A stretch of 64,000 nucleotides of DNA from a virus. This document shows positions 39,601 to 47,900 of this stretch, one piece after another (the stretch's first letter is position 1; the number at the start of each line of letters is the position of its first letter). A program made the position numbers and the translations under genes. The notes beneath the pieces were generated by a model. It was not told where the DNA came from. It ran no database searches and was given only the letters and a program-made list of their open reading frames with translations. The stretch lies in IMG/VR virus record IMGVR_UViG_3300007760_001422, positions 32,001-96,000 of that record; one strand, written 5' to 3'.

Positions 39601-41047
39601 CGAGAGCGTTACTGCCCATCTTCCACCAATTAGATAAGTTGGCTATTTTAGAGTGGTTTCTTAAATCCAAATAAACGCCGTTATTATACAATTCTAAAAC
39701 GTCGCCGGCTTCAAGTTCTGCGTTCCAGATTGATATTTCATCCAGATAGCCATCGAAGCCTTTTAATGCTGGTGATGTCCAGTTGCTTTCATAATAGAGG
39801 CCTCCGATATAAAAATGATCATTTATGGGCGCTGCGCCGGCCTCATCAGTAAGATCGGTGTCGACAGCTGTTTCGCCCTTTACCACCACGCCATCAACAT
39901 ATACTTTATATTTTGCGCCGCCATTATCATAAACCACGAGCGTTACATGGTGCCAGTCTCCATCAGCATAATTTGTGCTGGATATAACTGTATTGTCACC
40001 GCCAAAAATTGTATATAATCTTCCAGTAGAGGCTTGCATATATATAATGCCGCCAGTACCAAATGCAGAGCCCAGCGCATTTGTTGCACTCAAGAATAAA
40101 GTTTCGTTTTGAGACGGTGTGTTATCTCTGCGGAACCATAAAGATATTGCATATTCTGGCGTTGCAGAGAGCCATGGCCAAAAATCGTGTTCCATATCGA
40201 GATATGTACTTGAGCCAGCTTCGTTGACGGAATTATCGAATTTGATGGCACTTTCTCTTACCGTATCAAAGGATATAGCATAATGGTGCCAACTATCATC
40301 GGCAATCGAACCTGTCCCTAAATTAGAACCAAGCGAGGCAGTGGCAAAACCAGAAGTGCCCGACATATATGTAACGAGAAAGCCAGAATTTAAATCATGC
40401 GATGATGCTGTTAGCTCTACAGATAATCGACCATAATCACTGCTTGTCCAAACACTTGAGGTTGTTACAACATCAAAAATAACCTCTCGTTTTGTCTTGG
40501 CGGTATCAAATGCCGACTTTTTAAGCCAAAATTCCACAGCATTGCCAGAACTTCCACCAAATCTTAAATTTGAATCTCTATGTTTTGATAAATCATAAAT
40601 ATTATCTTTATGGGGGCCGCCTTTTGTAAAAATATATTCAGCCAAAGAACTGCTTCCATAATCATCAACTATTTGGCCAACGGTACCGTATGAGTTTGCA
40701 GCAAATTTAATATATCCGTTCGTTCTGGGGTATTCTTGCTCAAACATATATAAATCTATATAAGATGAACTATTATACCACTCCATCACCTCGTGTCGAG
40801 AACCATCATATGGATATTGATTATAAATTCTTTTTATAGCATCATCGTAATAGCTTTCAGCCGAACCAAATTTAGCAAAATTTGCCGGATCGGAAAAGTC
40901 GACGGGCGGAACAAACCTCTCTTCGTCTTCTGTATATGATTTAACCAGTCTTGTTGATTCTACATCTTGTGCTAATTCTTCCAAGGACGTGCTTGGTAGG
41001 TGTTTGAAGTTTTTCTTTTTTTTACCAAAATATTTTTTAATACTCAT
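30692..41047 (-). CDS. Giant (3451 aa) baseplate/tail protein with LamG (concanavalin A-like) domains
   Basis: LamG motifs WHHYA, WHHVT, VYVDG, FDGYLDEISIWN and IDEFRFWK; IYKSKGTEKAFRNLIRCFG resembles baseplate wedge (gp7/P2 gpI-like) motifs. Confidence 0.85.
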   Translation of the reverse strand: MSIKKYFGKKKKNFKHLPSTSLEELAQDVESTRLVKSYTEDEERFVPPVDFSDPANFAKFGSAESYYDDAIKRIYNQYPYDGSRHEVMEWYNSSSYIDLYMFEQEYPRTNGYIKFAANSYGTVGQIVDDYGSSSLAEYIFTKGGPHKDNIYDLSKHRDSNLRFGGSSGNAVEFWLKKSAFDTAKTKREVIFDVVTTSSVWTSSDYGRLSVELTASSHDLNSGFLVTYMSGTSGFATASLGSNLGTGSIADDSWHHYAISFDTVRESAIKFDNSVNEAGSSTYLDMEHDFWPWLSATPEYAISLWFRRDNTPSQNETLFLSATNALGSAFGTGGIIYMQASTGRLYTIFGGDNTVISSTNYADGDWHHVTLVVYDNGGAKYKVYVDGVVVKGETAVDTDLTDEAGAAPINDHFYIGGLYYESNWTSPALKGFDGYLDEISIWNAELEAGDVLELYNNGVYLDLRNHSKIANLSNWWKMGSNALGAGPNYQILDEIGSNSGHMINFSHSTGSSGLLWEVSKFNNHPKAVLYLDGDYNDTYTGGNPISPVSGALISTIGALAAPPSGTLSANLGWGKLSASIDEFRFWKTSRNSRDVGTNWFGQVGGGTNTDDANTSLGVYYKFNEGITATSSIDMKVLDYSGRISNGDWIGYSSVSRYTGSAMVEAGKVPMEYKDPIIYSTHPDVLSLYNTKILLGKKHDYENNAALYNTFPEWIVEEENRAGSTHLKNLTQMMASYFDTLWMQIESLPNLKDNKFITGSFAPEATGSIYKPMPFSDRLLSSMGFSVSELFADADAVEYFLSRGDDKIYKDKIYNVKNLIYQNIYNNLTTIYKSKGTEKAFRNLIRCFGIDDELIRLNIYADNYTFEFEDTYRQVTTRKNYVDFNHPDRYGSTIYQYESDTDHHLSGAISGSQGEQKEIGLPMTAEAEFFFPKKAPRYNPLYKEFTHTHASLFGIQSTSSLSTAPSFNIFAVRPSFAGIQGSSQYTDKDAYFKVTGTMVPLMTSSVYKNVYDNSNWNISLRLKPQKDLNINVVSGSDDVQSDYDLVFSGINSVGDTIYNEFFLTSSIARSQALELLTTPKKVYAGALRTEFSSSVVNYTDVKVGAVRYWIDYLSDRTLRMHARDVLNYGTLNPYRSAFLSQKDISGSIPQMDTLALHWDFETIATSDASGQFSVPDVSSGSSELMDRYGWLGDIAKRQHLARADHFPANSTDAIQREYIYSGRQQKPEVLLSSDMVSSRGDEDKIFKRNQKENKFLFAFEKSMYQTISEEMLKFMSSVIEFNNLIGEPVNKYRPEYKSLAKLRQLFFERIENTPDLDKFVSYYKWIDSAVGDMLMQLVPASAQFSDGLRTMIESHILERSKYHHKFPTLESKQSDPIGHIKGINELTYDWEYGHAPPSEKEYENCLWWKERAEKDGTTIPLSATGSGDTGVDSDRKGLQSVITTTAVSGSGPLLATETGTTYRGSTYAVRRFTKPYKLKIEKSRLIHGGVNFDPNKKPNWWKTLRPGKYTGYDGTSEWALRMWNERYSGIDAAGISRLKDAESCTDEYALRTNKNKKVGMKMNIALPGKPIPNREEGNTFIPFNIISSSFATGSNDGGAVSNHNLWVRYAFNGQRIDSTRLTDKFYEVTNAHSDMVGESHDVPMQGPFTEKWVGGNQHRHIPLNDGTSQMVNRPEAWFFQFIMHGGTGGNAPYGFYLHGPGGNILRSTSTHFGGAVNADERGTAANDAAPRAMYYRDETAKRPVNIKNIRTITGSVDFERNIPASLGNYTRDYEIVQTSGRSVNNRFFVKAEGITVNNSAVPNQTIISGVMDHDLTERTSGSINKYIFVERFSAPGGPEVMSRGFLDVESEEKSVYNELNQRNLSVRGPLQSMLRLHSGKYGFYNNAQTTASYHKIYRNPRRTIHVSGTYPFDGDHIALATGTSYDNWYVQRPIPQSDMNYAWITSSITGNASQQHIEALGYWPADFTISSSYPATTLVPSPQRAVTGLTSNVVNFVSASDIGIYDTGNNLQYYGVDRLVANAFPFMAVDFAGMNSLIYEPISSSLTGTSENILGYPPDAFNDYNTDHTATRENYVYQGGLVYRTSHDLTYAGFTRVLNGIIHHRGGAHGWPSWKQIRGAEHPIARYHKKHNILSIIGTPKKHGPTYDWHSEPKQLHGLDNTGKKTQTTSEVITNYEEGPVTSRFKPITHGLVGERQDNTLGVIVIDHSYGNNLVYFIDETLDDKFHLVKTRKQKYDELYELYGYPGVQEEQSPVKKFSSITYKETIFPKEQNSYKVNTNTRADYLITFWKDSRHNRHTLGEFEVGDVGDVTGSNPGYALTSSIWALDGRLDYDTSLPWAGTSGSHTSWKYAGTPEHSWSAGAGILQNHWTHFHSTDQWFMNEKDERLGKTTGFRNRTVYLPLTSALINYARPTWEYNTYDVHKTQRHGNGVAGGAEVLKHVWMPISSQPWTAPVESGLTPNYSSYEEYIDPIKRLGKDFSVLPEFNISEHMEHFVIKNDGNFRAKNKNWLSLKGAPISSSGEDGFYETYSHTDFLKFFDVVFEDHKEITNAKSITLKCKAITRLLPYNGFFPAQRTVQLAEYFSQSYGSKLLKTGDEGHYRTLAKPFFGPGLLFNSIKSGVAVDWPVHESWGWDDNQSSIHVSKRWSLTGSGTGNEYIRRDGGYNSTGFAGAGVPMISGNFNARFPFEALVEPEQYLNGQWICDDEPHPSASLASKVQIAKSGAENELYRLAMHNFLAESVDFYIKGGQLTSFVSADDKSPSHFFFNASSSIDCPAYVMDVVFYRNSDLNVTSPFTTVILDSEIANANYTAKGYNTFEMYDRASAFGPPVNHSILANDSTPFHYTRGPGWDCYTPPYYHGKARARIIFYPTDSKARKYTLSEVLSSISTPPNPSVAGEQSGIYYTRNAWANFGSPLGQTGDGQSGGGIPHREDFFFSGSGWNAGINQFLFAVAENNQTNSTYKDYTLTDNRQNAMQISASLNMLGAVKNKSIEYDPITNLPIAVKDDTTQGDKWVIQTKWESPVLNFKNAATSSVTWPDTSIDHSNGHADDHAVSLPYGTGSFTKGMWHQYGAMPEKDGFFVQIMDPLNTPYVNGSRIPTEEEDVLTSAGANPDAPKPLGWGKKVFSLADRCGFQKSKPSAVGKIRSSKTISEAVIAVPFFEDEGKRYFATIPRPLFDAAVEMANGKKDQAPMQFPGLDDMIPGQSIINMVEKMQRYVLPSWLNALFYKESGAFHDIPAGTGGVEPIMMYIFEFSRTFDRQDLADMWQNLLPEKAKQIKIEERTITHKIDQSELLGPWVEQGYNNGGHLSNIQWMVFKVKQKAKWNYYEKTLDSADDTGFKFKFKHGSNDGTKATEPDYNFNWPYDYCSLVESIKMDADIDMYTKSGEGIDIPKEYKHMTPDEKKLMKAAKSKKATQYGISASDEEMSKTKKEAEQEGMKKSEFDKLPPGSF

Positions 41048-41049
41048 GT

Positions 41050-42618
41050 TTATTCGACTCTAAATTTAAAAACTTCTTCTTGTTCATGATATGAATTGTT
41101 TACATAATAAACAAACTTTATTCCATATTGATAATCCGCCTCAAGCATCGACAGATCTAGATCAAAATAATTTCCGGACACGTCGTGTGAAAGTTTTGTA
41201 TGTTGTAAACTTCCCGTACCATATTCAATTATATCTGTTTCATCAGAAACTCTAAACAATTTGTAATAAGCATCATCAATTATTGCATTTTTAATAATGC
41301 TTGTTGCCTTTGTGTAAATAGTTGGATTCCAATCTTTTTCGCGAACATACAGCCTAAATCTAGCTTCTTCATCCGGAGAATAAATTGGCTTTAAATTTGT
41401 TATAGAGGTCACATATTTTGGATTTGGATTAATTTCCAAGGCACCCATTTGTATGGGAACAAACGAACCAGTAAAATATGCTTTCTCCGGTGTTGGATGC
41501 ACTGTACCACTAAACCACCTATCATATACAAGAGCGGCTGTTGTATCGAGAGCAAACGAAGCACTATAGGTTCCTGTGGTAACATGGCCGCCCGTTATAA
41601 CGTTGTCCAAAACTGTCAAACTGCCACTGCCAACTGGAGATAACTGGGCGCCACCTGATGCAGACGTGTATAATTTAACAAATATTTGGCCCTTTCCGGG
41701 GCCTGCAGGTGTTATCTGCGGTATATCTTTTAGTTGCCCCCTCACATAATTGTATAAATATAGTGTATTTAAATTGTCATTGTGATCTGCAAGAGAACTG
41801 CTTGCTATAAATTTCCCTCTATCATCTTTTGTAGACGAATCCCACCGGGCCTCTATTGTTGGCCTTTTAAAGAAATATTCGCTTGAGCGCGCAAAGAATT
41901 TCTTTGTGTAATAAGATTTTGTGGCGCCTTGCAGGTTGTGTATTATTGCGCCTTCGTTTGCATTTGTTGAGCTTGAAAAATATGTTTCTTGACTAGCGGT
42001 TAATAATAACTGGATACCGTAATTTTCCTTTTGCGGAAGTTTGCTCAACGGGGCGGCCTGAACAATGCTCTGACTTAACCACTGCTCCACTAAAGGAGTT
42101 ATATTAACTTCTAGATCCTCTGTCCCTTTATCAAAATAAAAATCAAAAGAAGATGATGCATCCAAATGGTGATCGCCCCCTTGTGTTGTCCACAGGCCAT
42201 TATCTGTGCTAGCCGACAGGGATGCAGACTCCCAGTTGCAGGCGCCCAGATCTTTATATGTTTCCATATCCAAGCCTGTACCTTCAGTCCACACACGAGA
42301 AACCGCAGCAACAGTTATTGTAAATTGTTTTGGCAATGTCTCTGTGTGTTCGGCGTTATACAACTTTAAAACAAAATCAACACTTCCAGATGCGGGAATG
42401 GCCGATGTGTTTCTATCATCAACTATAGTTGAGACCGGAAATTGAATCAGTGCTCGGGAAAGCTCCGATGAAGCTGAATTTGCCTGTGCAAAAATTGAAA
42501 ACACTTCTAATGTGTCTGCCGCACCCATGTTGGAGCCCGTTGCCCTATTAGACAAATTTGCCTTAAATGCATTAGTAATTGTAGCATCTTTTGTTGCTGT
42601 ATAACGCTTTATTCCCAT
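41050..42618 (-). CDS. Virion structural protein (baseplate region)
   Basis: 522 aa; KDATIT...SRALIQF...LKLYNA...WTEGTG...KKFFAR...PTIEARWD; located between gp6 and the giant protein. Confidence 0.75.
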   Translation of the reverse strand: MGIKRYTATKDATITNAFKANLSNRATGSNMGAADTLEVFSIFAQANSASSELSRALIQFPVSTIVDDRNTSAIPASGSVDFVLKLYNAEHTETLPKQFTITVAAVSRVWTEGTGLDMETYKDLGACNWESASLSASTDNGLWTTQGGDHHLDASSSFDFYFDKGTEDLEVNITPLVEQWLSQSIVQAAPLSKLPQKENYGIQLLLTASQETYFSSSTNANEGAIIHNLQGATKSYYTKKFFARSSEYFFKRPTIEARWDSSTKDDRGKFIASSSLADHNDNLNTLYLYNYVRGQLKDIPQITPAGPGKGQIFVKLYTSASGGAQLSPVGSGSLTVLDNVITGGHVTTGTYSASFALDTTAALVYDRWFSGTVHPTPEKAYFTGSFVPIQMGALEINPNPKYVTSITNLKPIYSPDEEARFRLYVREKDWNPTIYTKATSIIKNAIIDDAYYKLFRVSDETDIIEYGTGSLQHTKLSHDVSGNYFDLDLSMLEADYQYGIKFVYYVNNSYHEQEEVFKFRVE

Positions 42619-44420
42619 TATCTGATAACACCTTTTATATCTATGTCTGGATATTTCATTTCCAAAATTACACTCTCTGGTATTATGACCCAGCGGCCAT
42701 CGGCCGTTTTGTTTTCTCTGAAGTCATAACTAAAATCGGAATACAAGCCTCCGGAGCGATCTAATATTTTAATATTTGTCACATCTATTACTCCGGGTGT
42801 CGTATTAATTATTTTTGCAATTTCATACAGCGGCAGCGCTTCGCCTATCTCCATTTTTTGAAAGAAGAGTTCATCTTGCAACCTTATATTAATATCGTTC
42901 AATAAGGTGAATTTATTTGTGCCGGTTTCTGATATTGCTTCGAAAAATATACCAAAATTCAAAATAGAGGCATCGATAATATCAACCGTATCGTTGACCA
43001 TTTTATATCTATTTATCCACATTTTTAAGTTTTCTTTAAGAACCATGTTCGGCTGCGCGAGAGAGCCATCAAAGCTTTCTGCCGCAATATACATATTCAA
43101 GTTTCTTCTTAAAGATTCGGCGTCTTGACTCACGCCGGCGCGCTTTATTGAGCCAAATCTTGCCGGCATCCGATACGCCAATGCAACATAATCTTCTCTT
43201 GTTACTGCTCTATTTTGTGTAGCATATATATCTAATATTCTTTGTCTTATTTCGCGCGTTGATGGAAGAGATATGTCACCCACAACAGGCTCTTCGTTAG
43301 AAACTTCTAGCGAGCCTATAACATAAAGGACCCAACTATCGTCTAGTGTTTGATCGGTTGGAAATTCGAATAGTGGCTCAACAACTCCAGTGATCGTATT
43401 CGCTCCCGCATTGACGGTGTTCGCTGTATTTAGTCTATATGTTATAGTGAGGGTTGTATCTGATGGGGAAATTCCCATTTTATCCGTCGACAAAAGGTCC
43501 ATCGGATCAAACGTTTCTTCTGCAGTATAGTTTTTAGCATGTGTTTTTAAAATAACTTCGGCAGGATCTGCCAAGGTCTCTGTTGTGATCTGATCATCAG
43601 AGCCATGACCAAATTGGAGATATGTAAAGTTTGTATCCTGTTCAACTACAAATCTACGCGGTACTGGTACCGGCTTCAATATATTAGGTGCCAATTCTTT
43701 AGTGTCAGAGTCATAATTCATCACCGATGTGTGCACAATATCCTGCGAGAGATAATCGACTTCAAAAAATTCGTGACCTTCAGAGTCCGTTATGGAAACT
43801 ATTTCCGCTATATTTTCAGCTTCCAACCTTAATCTTAAAAACTTTTGAAATGCGCCAACAGGAATAACCTCTATATCTATATCTCCAGAAATTACTTTTC
43901 CAAAAGACTTTATTGCGTACGCAGTGGGGGCACCAGTATCATCATCGACAGTGGCGACAACAATTTCATTGTTTGTGTTGCTAAAATCTATATCTTCATT
44001 GAGGGTATAAATATTTCCACCCGTGGATGCAAACTTGCTTCCTGCCCTTAAAACAGGCAAATAATCAGCATCTGGGCCATGGCCGGATGCATCCGATGGC
44101 ACCAATACGTATGCTGCGACTGTTCCGTGGCCGGTTCGAGCCTGTTCATATTTATACCCTTGTTGTTTACCAAGCTTAATAATGTTGTCAAATTCTACTG
44201 CGGTATCTAAAAAAGATTCATTTGCCTGATAGTCTAAATAAAATGATAATTGATCTCCAACGTATGAAACCATGTCGATCATCATCGAACCAAACGAAGC
44301 TTCGTTAAAATCCTTATATGTATTTGGATAGTAGCGGCGCGCGTATTGTGTTAGATCATTTTTAATTGAATTAAAATCGCGGCCCGTATATTTAATTATC
44401 TTTTTTTTGTCATCAGACAT
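42618..44420 (-). CDS. Baseplate wedge subunit (T4 gp6-like)
   Basis: RDFNSIKNDL, DFNEASFGSMMIDMVSYVGD.LSFY, NESFLDTA, LQFGHG and QNRAVTREDY motifs. Confidence 0.92.
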   Translation of the reverse strand: MSDDKKKIIKYTGRDFNSIKNDLTQYARRYYPNTYKDFNEASFGSMMIDMVSYVGDQLSFYLDYQANESFLDTAVEFDNIIKLGKQQGYKYEQARTGHGTVAAYVLVPSDASGHGPDADYLPVLRAGSKFASTGGNIYTLNEDIDFSNTNNEIVVATVDDDTGAPTAYAIKSFGKVISGDIDIEVIPVGAFQKFLRLRLEAENIAEIVSITDSEGHEFFEVDYLSQDIVHTSVMNYDSDTKELAPNILKPVPVPRRFVVEQDTNFTYLQFGHGSDDQITTETLADPAEVILKTHAKNYTAEETFDPMDLLSTDKMGISPSDTTLTITYRLNTANTVNAGANTITGVVEPLFEFPTDQTLDDSWVLYVIGSLEVSNEEPVVGDISLPSTREIRQRILDIYATQNRAVTREDYVALAYRMPARFGSIKRAGVSQDAESLRRNLNMYIAAESFDGSLAQPNMVLKENLKMWINRYKMVNDTVDIIDASILNFGIFFEAISETGTNKFTLLNDINIRLQDELFFQKMEIGEALPLYEIAKIINTTPGVIDVTNIKILDRSGGLYSDFSYDFRENKTADGRWVIIPESVILEMKYPDIDIKGVIR

Positions 44421-44441
44421 AGAATATTTTTCCTTTAAAAA

Positions 44442-44449
44442 TAATTAGT
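44442..44449 (-). promoter_or_regulatory. Candidate late promoter motif ACTAATTA
   Basis: Overlaps the gp25 stop codon, 21 nt before the gp6-like ATG. Confidence 0.45.
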
Positions 44450-44870
44450 TTATCCCAACAGTTATATCTAAAATCTCTTGCACATCAAGTGGCTGTATTG
44501 TAAATTCCACTCTTATGCTCAAAGAGTGCATGTCTGTGCTTACCTCGTTGGGAGTCATCATACCTAGGCCCATTTCAGATGTTTCGTTTGAAAAATAAAC
44601 TTCATTTATTGCCACAAACGGCATATACATCGCGACTTGCTGGTTTATTCTTTCATATATTTCTCCGTGTATCTCTTCTGTATTCTGTTGAAACAAGAAT
44701 GATGCTAGCCCAACGCCAAAACTTGTATCCATAATCTTTTCGCCGGGAATTGTTAATATTAAATTTTTAAGATTTTGTGCCACATTTTCTTTTACGGTCT
44801 TTGTCATTTCATAATGACCATCATTCATGTCTAGGGATAGGGGTAATTTTGGAGATATTCCTGTTGCCAC
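44445..44870 (-). CDS. Baseplate wedge protein (T4 gp25-like)
   Basis: QNLKNLILTIPGEKIMDTSFGVGL..FLF is the GPW/gp25 motif; GTG start. Confidence 0.92.
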   Translation of the reverse strand: MATGISPKLPLSLDMNDGHYEMTKTVKENVAQNLKNLILTIPGEKIMDTSFGVGLASFLFQQNTEEIHGEIYERINQQVAMYMPFVAINEVYFSNETSEMGLGMMTPNEVSTDMHSLSIRVEFTIQPLDVQEILDITVGIN

Positions 44871-44896
44871 TGTCTAATTCCTCGCGTCTCATTTAC

Positions 44897-44915
44897 TAAT
44901 TAGAAATTAATTATT
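44897..44915 (-). promoter_or_regulatory. Tandem candidate late promoter motifs AATAATTA and TCTAATTA
   Basis: Two motif copies (44908-44915 and 44897-44904) in the intergenic gap upstream of gp25. Confidence 0.5.
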
Positions 44916-44935
44916 TTTTCTTTACTTAACAATGG

Positions 44936-44964
44936 GCCAACTTGTATAAAATTTATTAGTTGGC
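44936..44964. terminator. Intergenic hairpin, possible terminator or processing site
   Basis: GCCAACT...AGTTGGC arms with inner ATAAA/TTTAT pairing, just after the 2334-aa gene; the T-run follows on the plus strand only. Confidence 0.35.
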
Positions 44965-44979
44965 GATATTTTTTAGCAG

Positions 44980-47900
44980 CTAATCCTTATTTGGTGGCGC
45001 TATTAATTTGGGTTCATCCTCACAATCATCATCCTTGGTGTCTTTGGCATCGGAGTCCGGGAATAGATCTTCTATGTAGTTGTCTATTGCATCTTCGATA
45101 TCGTAATTTAATGCCAAATCAAGCGCCCACACCACTTGACCCAATTGGGTCCAAGCGCCATTCGTGCCAAACCATGGTGCAGGGCCGCGTTTCCAATTGG
45201 GTTTCATGCCGTCGATGCATGCACCACGCTTTTCGCCATCAGGACACTCCCAGCCCTCAATCAATGTCGCAATGCCTTTTAATATTTCCCATGGGGTTGC
45301 CATAAATATCGCAGCAAGATTAGGAGGCATGCCGGGAATAATCGGTATCTCAAATCCCAATCCGTGTTTATCTTTTGCCGCATCGGACATATCTTTTGGA
45401 TTTTGGGTTGTAACTTCATCGCGATATGTATACTCGTCACCAAAAGCATAATTCCTCAAGAGAGAAAATATTAAACTTTTTGTATTATCAAATTTTCCCA
45501 CAAACGCGGCATGCGAATCAAAGTGAGATATAGAATGAAGCATCATGGCTGCTGCTATTTTTCTAAGGGGGATGTGATCACTAAGTAATTTTGCTCTCAA
45601 TGTATCTTGATCAACAAACATGGCATGCATCAAGGTATTTATGGGATATTTTGCGTGGCAATAACCAGTCTTGGGATTGGTAAACGCCTCGAAGCCATAA
45701 GTATAGAAGTCGTTGAAATCTAAATCATGTATGGGTTGTTCTTCCGCATCTAACGGTATGGCATAGTGGATATTGCCAACGTTTGATTCATTAATATTAT
45801 GATGTGCTTGTCTTGGAGTGGTCCATGTTGTGTTCTTGTTGAGAAATTGATACATATGCATGGACAGCATTTCTTCATTCATCCAGAAGTCCACGGTACC
45901 GCCGCCACCGGTTACACGGCGCGCTTTAGAAAAGTTTTTCATTTCTTTTTCAAATTTTTCTGTTGAATTCCACATAAATTTCGTATAATATGATTTTTCA
46001 AGAAATGATATATCATTATCAACATATTGACCCCACAAGCTAGATTCCCATTCATCAGTAGCAAGAAACCCTGATTTTGCGGAAGAGCGTAGTTCTGCAG
46101 GCTGATTTTGTTCCGGAAGGACATACACCAATCTCAAACCCCAATCGCACGTGTTAAACAGATCAGTAAATTTAATTTTTGTTAACCAATCTTGTTTTAT
46201 GTCATAAGTCCCCAAGTTTGTACCAGAACATAGGCCCCAGCCGCTATCAACTTTAAGCTCGTTGTCGGGCACTGCAGAAAATATTTCGTGCAATTTCTGA
46301 ACGCTTACCACGCCTCTATAATTTAAGCCCATCTTCTTCAGCACTTTAGTCTCCGCTATTTGGCTCCAAGCGGAGTCTCTGGGGTGGCCGCGGCGAGCCT
46401 GTTTAATAAGCTCCGCATTGGCGGTTAATTTTACTGGACCGGAATTGGGCGCGGTCGGATCGGCGCCGGTAAGGCCGACAGGGTATTCTATGAAAGTATG
46501 CAGCAATGCCATCTGCCAAAAATCCTTTGAATGAGTCCACTCCATGCTCGCGAACGAACCCCAAGCGTGATTTATCGCCTCTGGCGTGAATTGGCCGGGA
46601 GTTGGATTCCCGGGATAATCAATAGTTGTTTGCATCAATTCCTTAATTGGTGCTTTTACCCCTTCAAGTCTCATATATTTTTCTAATATTAATTTTCCAT
46701 TTCTCTTTTCTAATTCGCTGTATAGTTCATGGCCGCCGGGCATATATATATCCATCGCAGAGCCGGGTATTTCACCAATGGACTCATCAGCCGGGGTCCC
46801 GTTTCCTTCCGTAACCCAAAAGTGCATGGTGTCTTGTTCATAGCCGGTAAATATACCGCCATCGCCCACAATAGTCATGTATGGATTAAAATACATATAA
46901 GGTATATCATGCACTTTATATGATCTGTTGTGCATATAGTACGCCTGTTCAATCCCCCTAAAAACCCGGTGAGTTCCAAATGCCGTAGATAATTCGTCTT
47001 CAAGCGATTTAATCATGGCATATGTTTCTTCATTGGCTAGCTGGTGTATTGCTTCCATGGGCTCTGATGTCGTCTCAAAAACACCCCTTTCTCTATTTCG
47101 AAATTCCAATAACGATATGGCAGAATCACCAATCACTTCCATTACCTCGTCAACCTCATGTAGCCCGTGAAAAGTATTACCTGCATTTTCAACAGATCTC
47201 CTAATCCATTCTGCAACAAAATCGGATACAATATCTTCTTTGAAAATATCGTATGAACCAAATTCAGTTAAAAACGGCAAGCACTTAAAAAACGTTTCCG
47301 TGATCGCTGTTCGAATAATCGCCAGAGTGAGCCCTTCTAATACAACCTGAACCACTGGATCGCGATCCCCTTTGGTTATCAGTTCTGATGTCTCTGGATC
47401 GCATGCATATTGGTTAAGTTTTTTGTACCGGTCACGCATCATATCCATAATCTGCTCTTCGTTTAAAAACGATGACTTTGGACCACAGCCATCGATTTCC
47501 TCTTGTCGGGTGGGGCCCGGTAAAAAGTCTAGTTTATTAAAATTTCTTGCAAGAAACAAAGGAGATTTTTGTATCAATTGACCAACCTCTCCAAACATGC
47601 AAAGGTTTAGTTTGGTATAAAAATCATTCTTGTCTTGGGCACCGCCCGGGAAGGAAGAATTGGGCCGGCCAAAAAACGAATCAATTATAGCTGTCGTTCC
47701 CTTGTCAATCCCGCCAACTTCCATCCATAAATTTTGGCCTAGGCGATTGTCTATATACTCTCCAAAATCTTCTTGAAGCTTGTTCTTACCTATGTTATCT
47801 TTCTCGCTTATATTTTCATCATTATATTGATAGATGATCGATTCATTTTCCACATCGGTCCATGGATTTTGCATAACGTAATGTGGGCTTGACACCCGTA

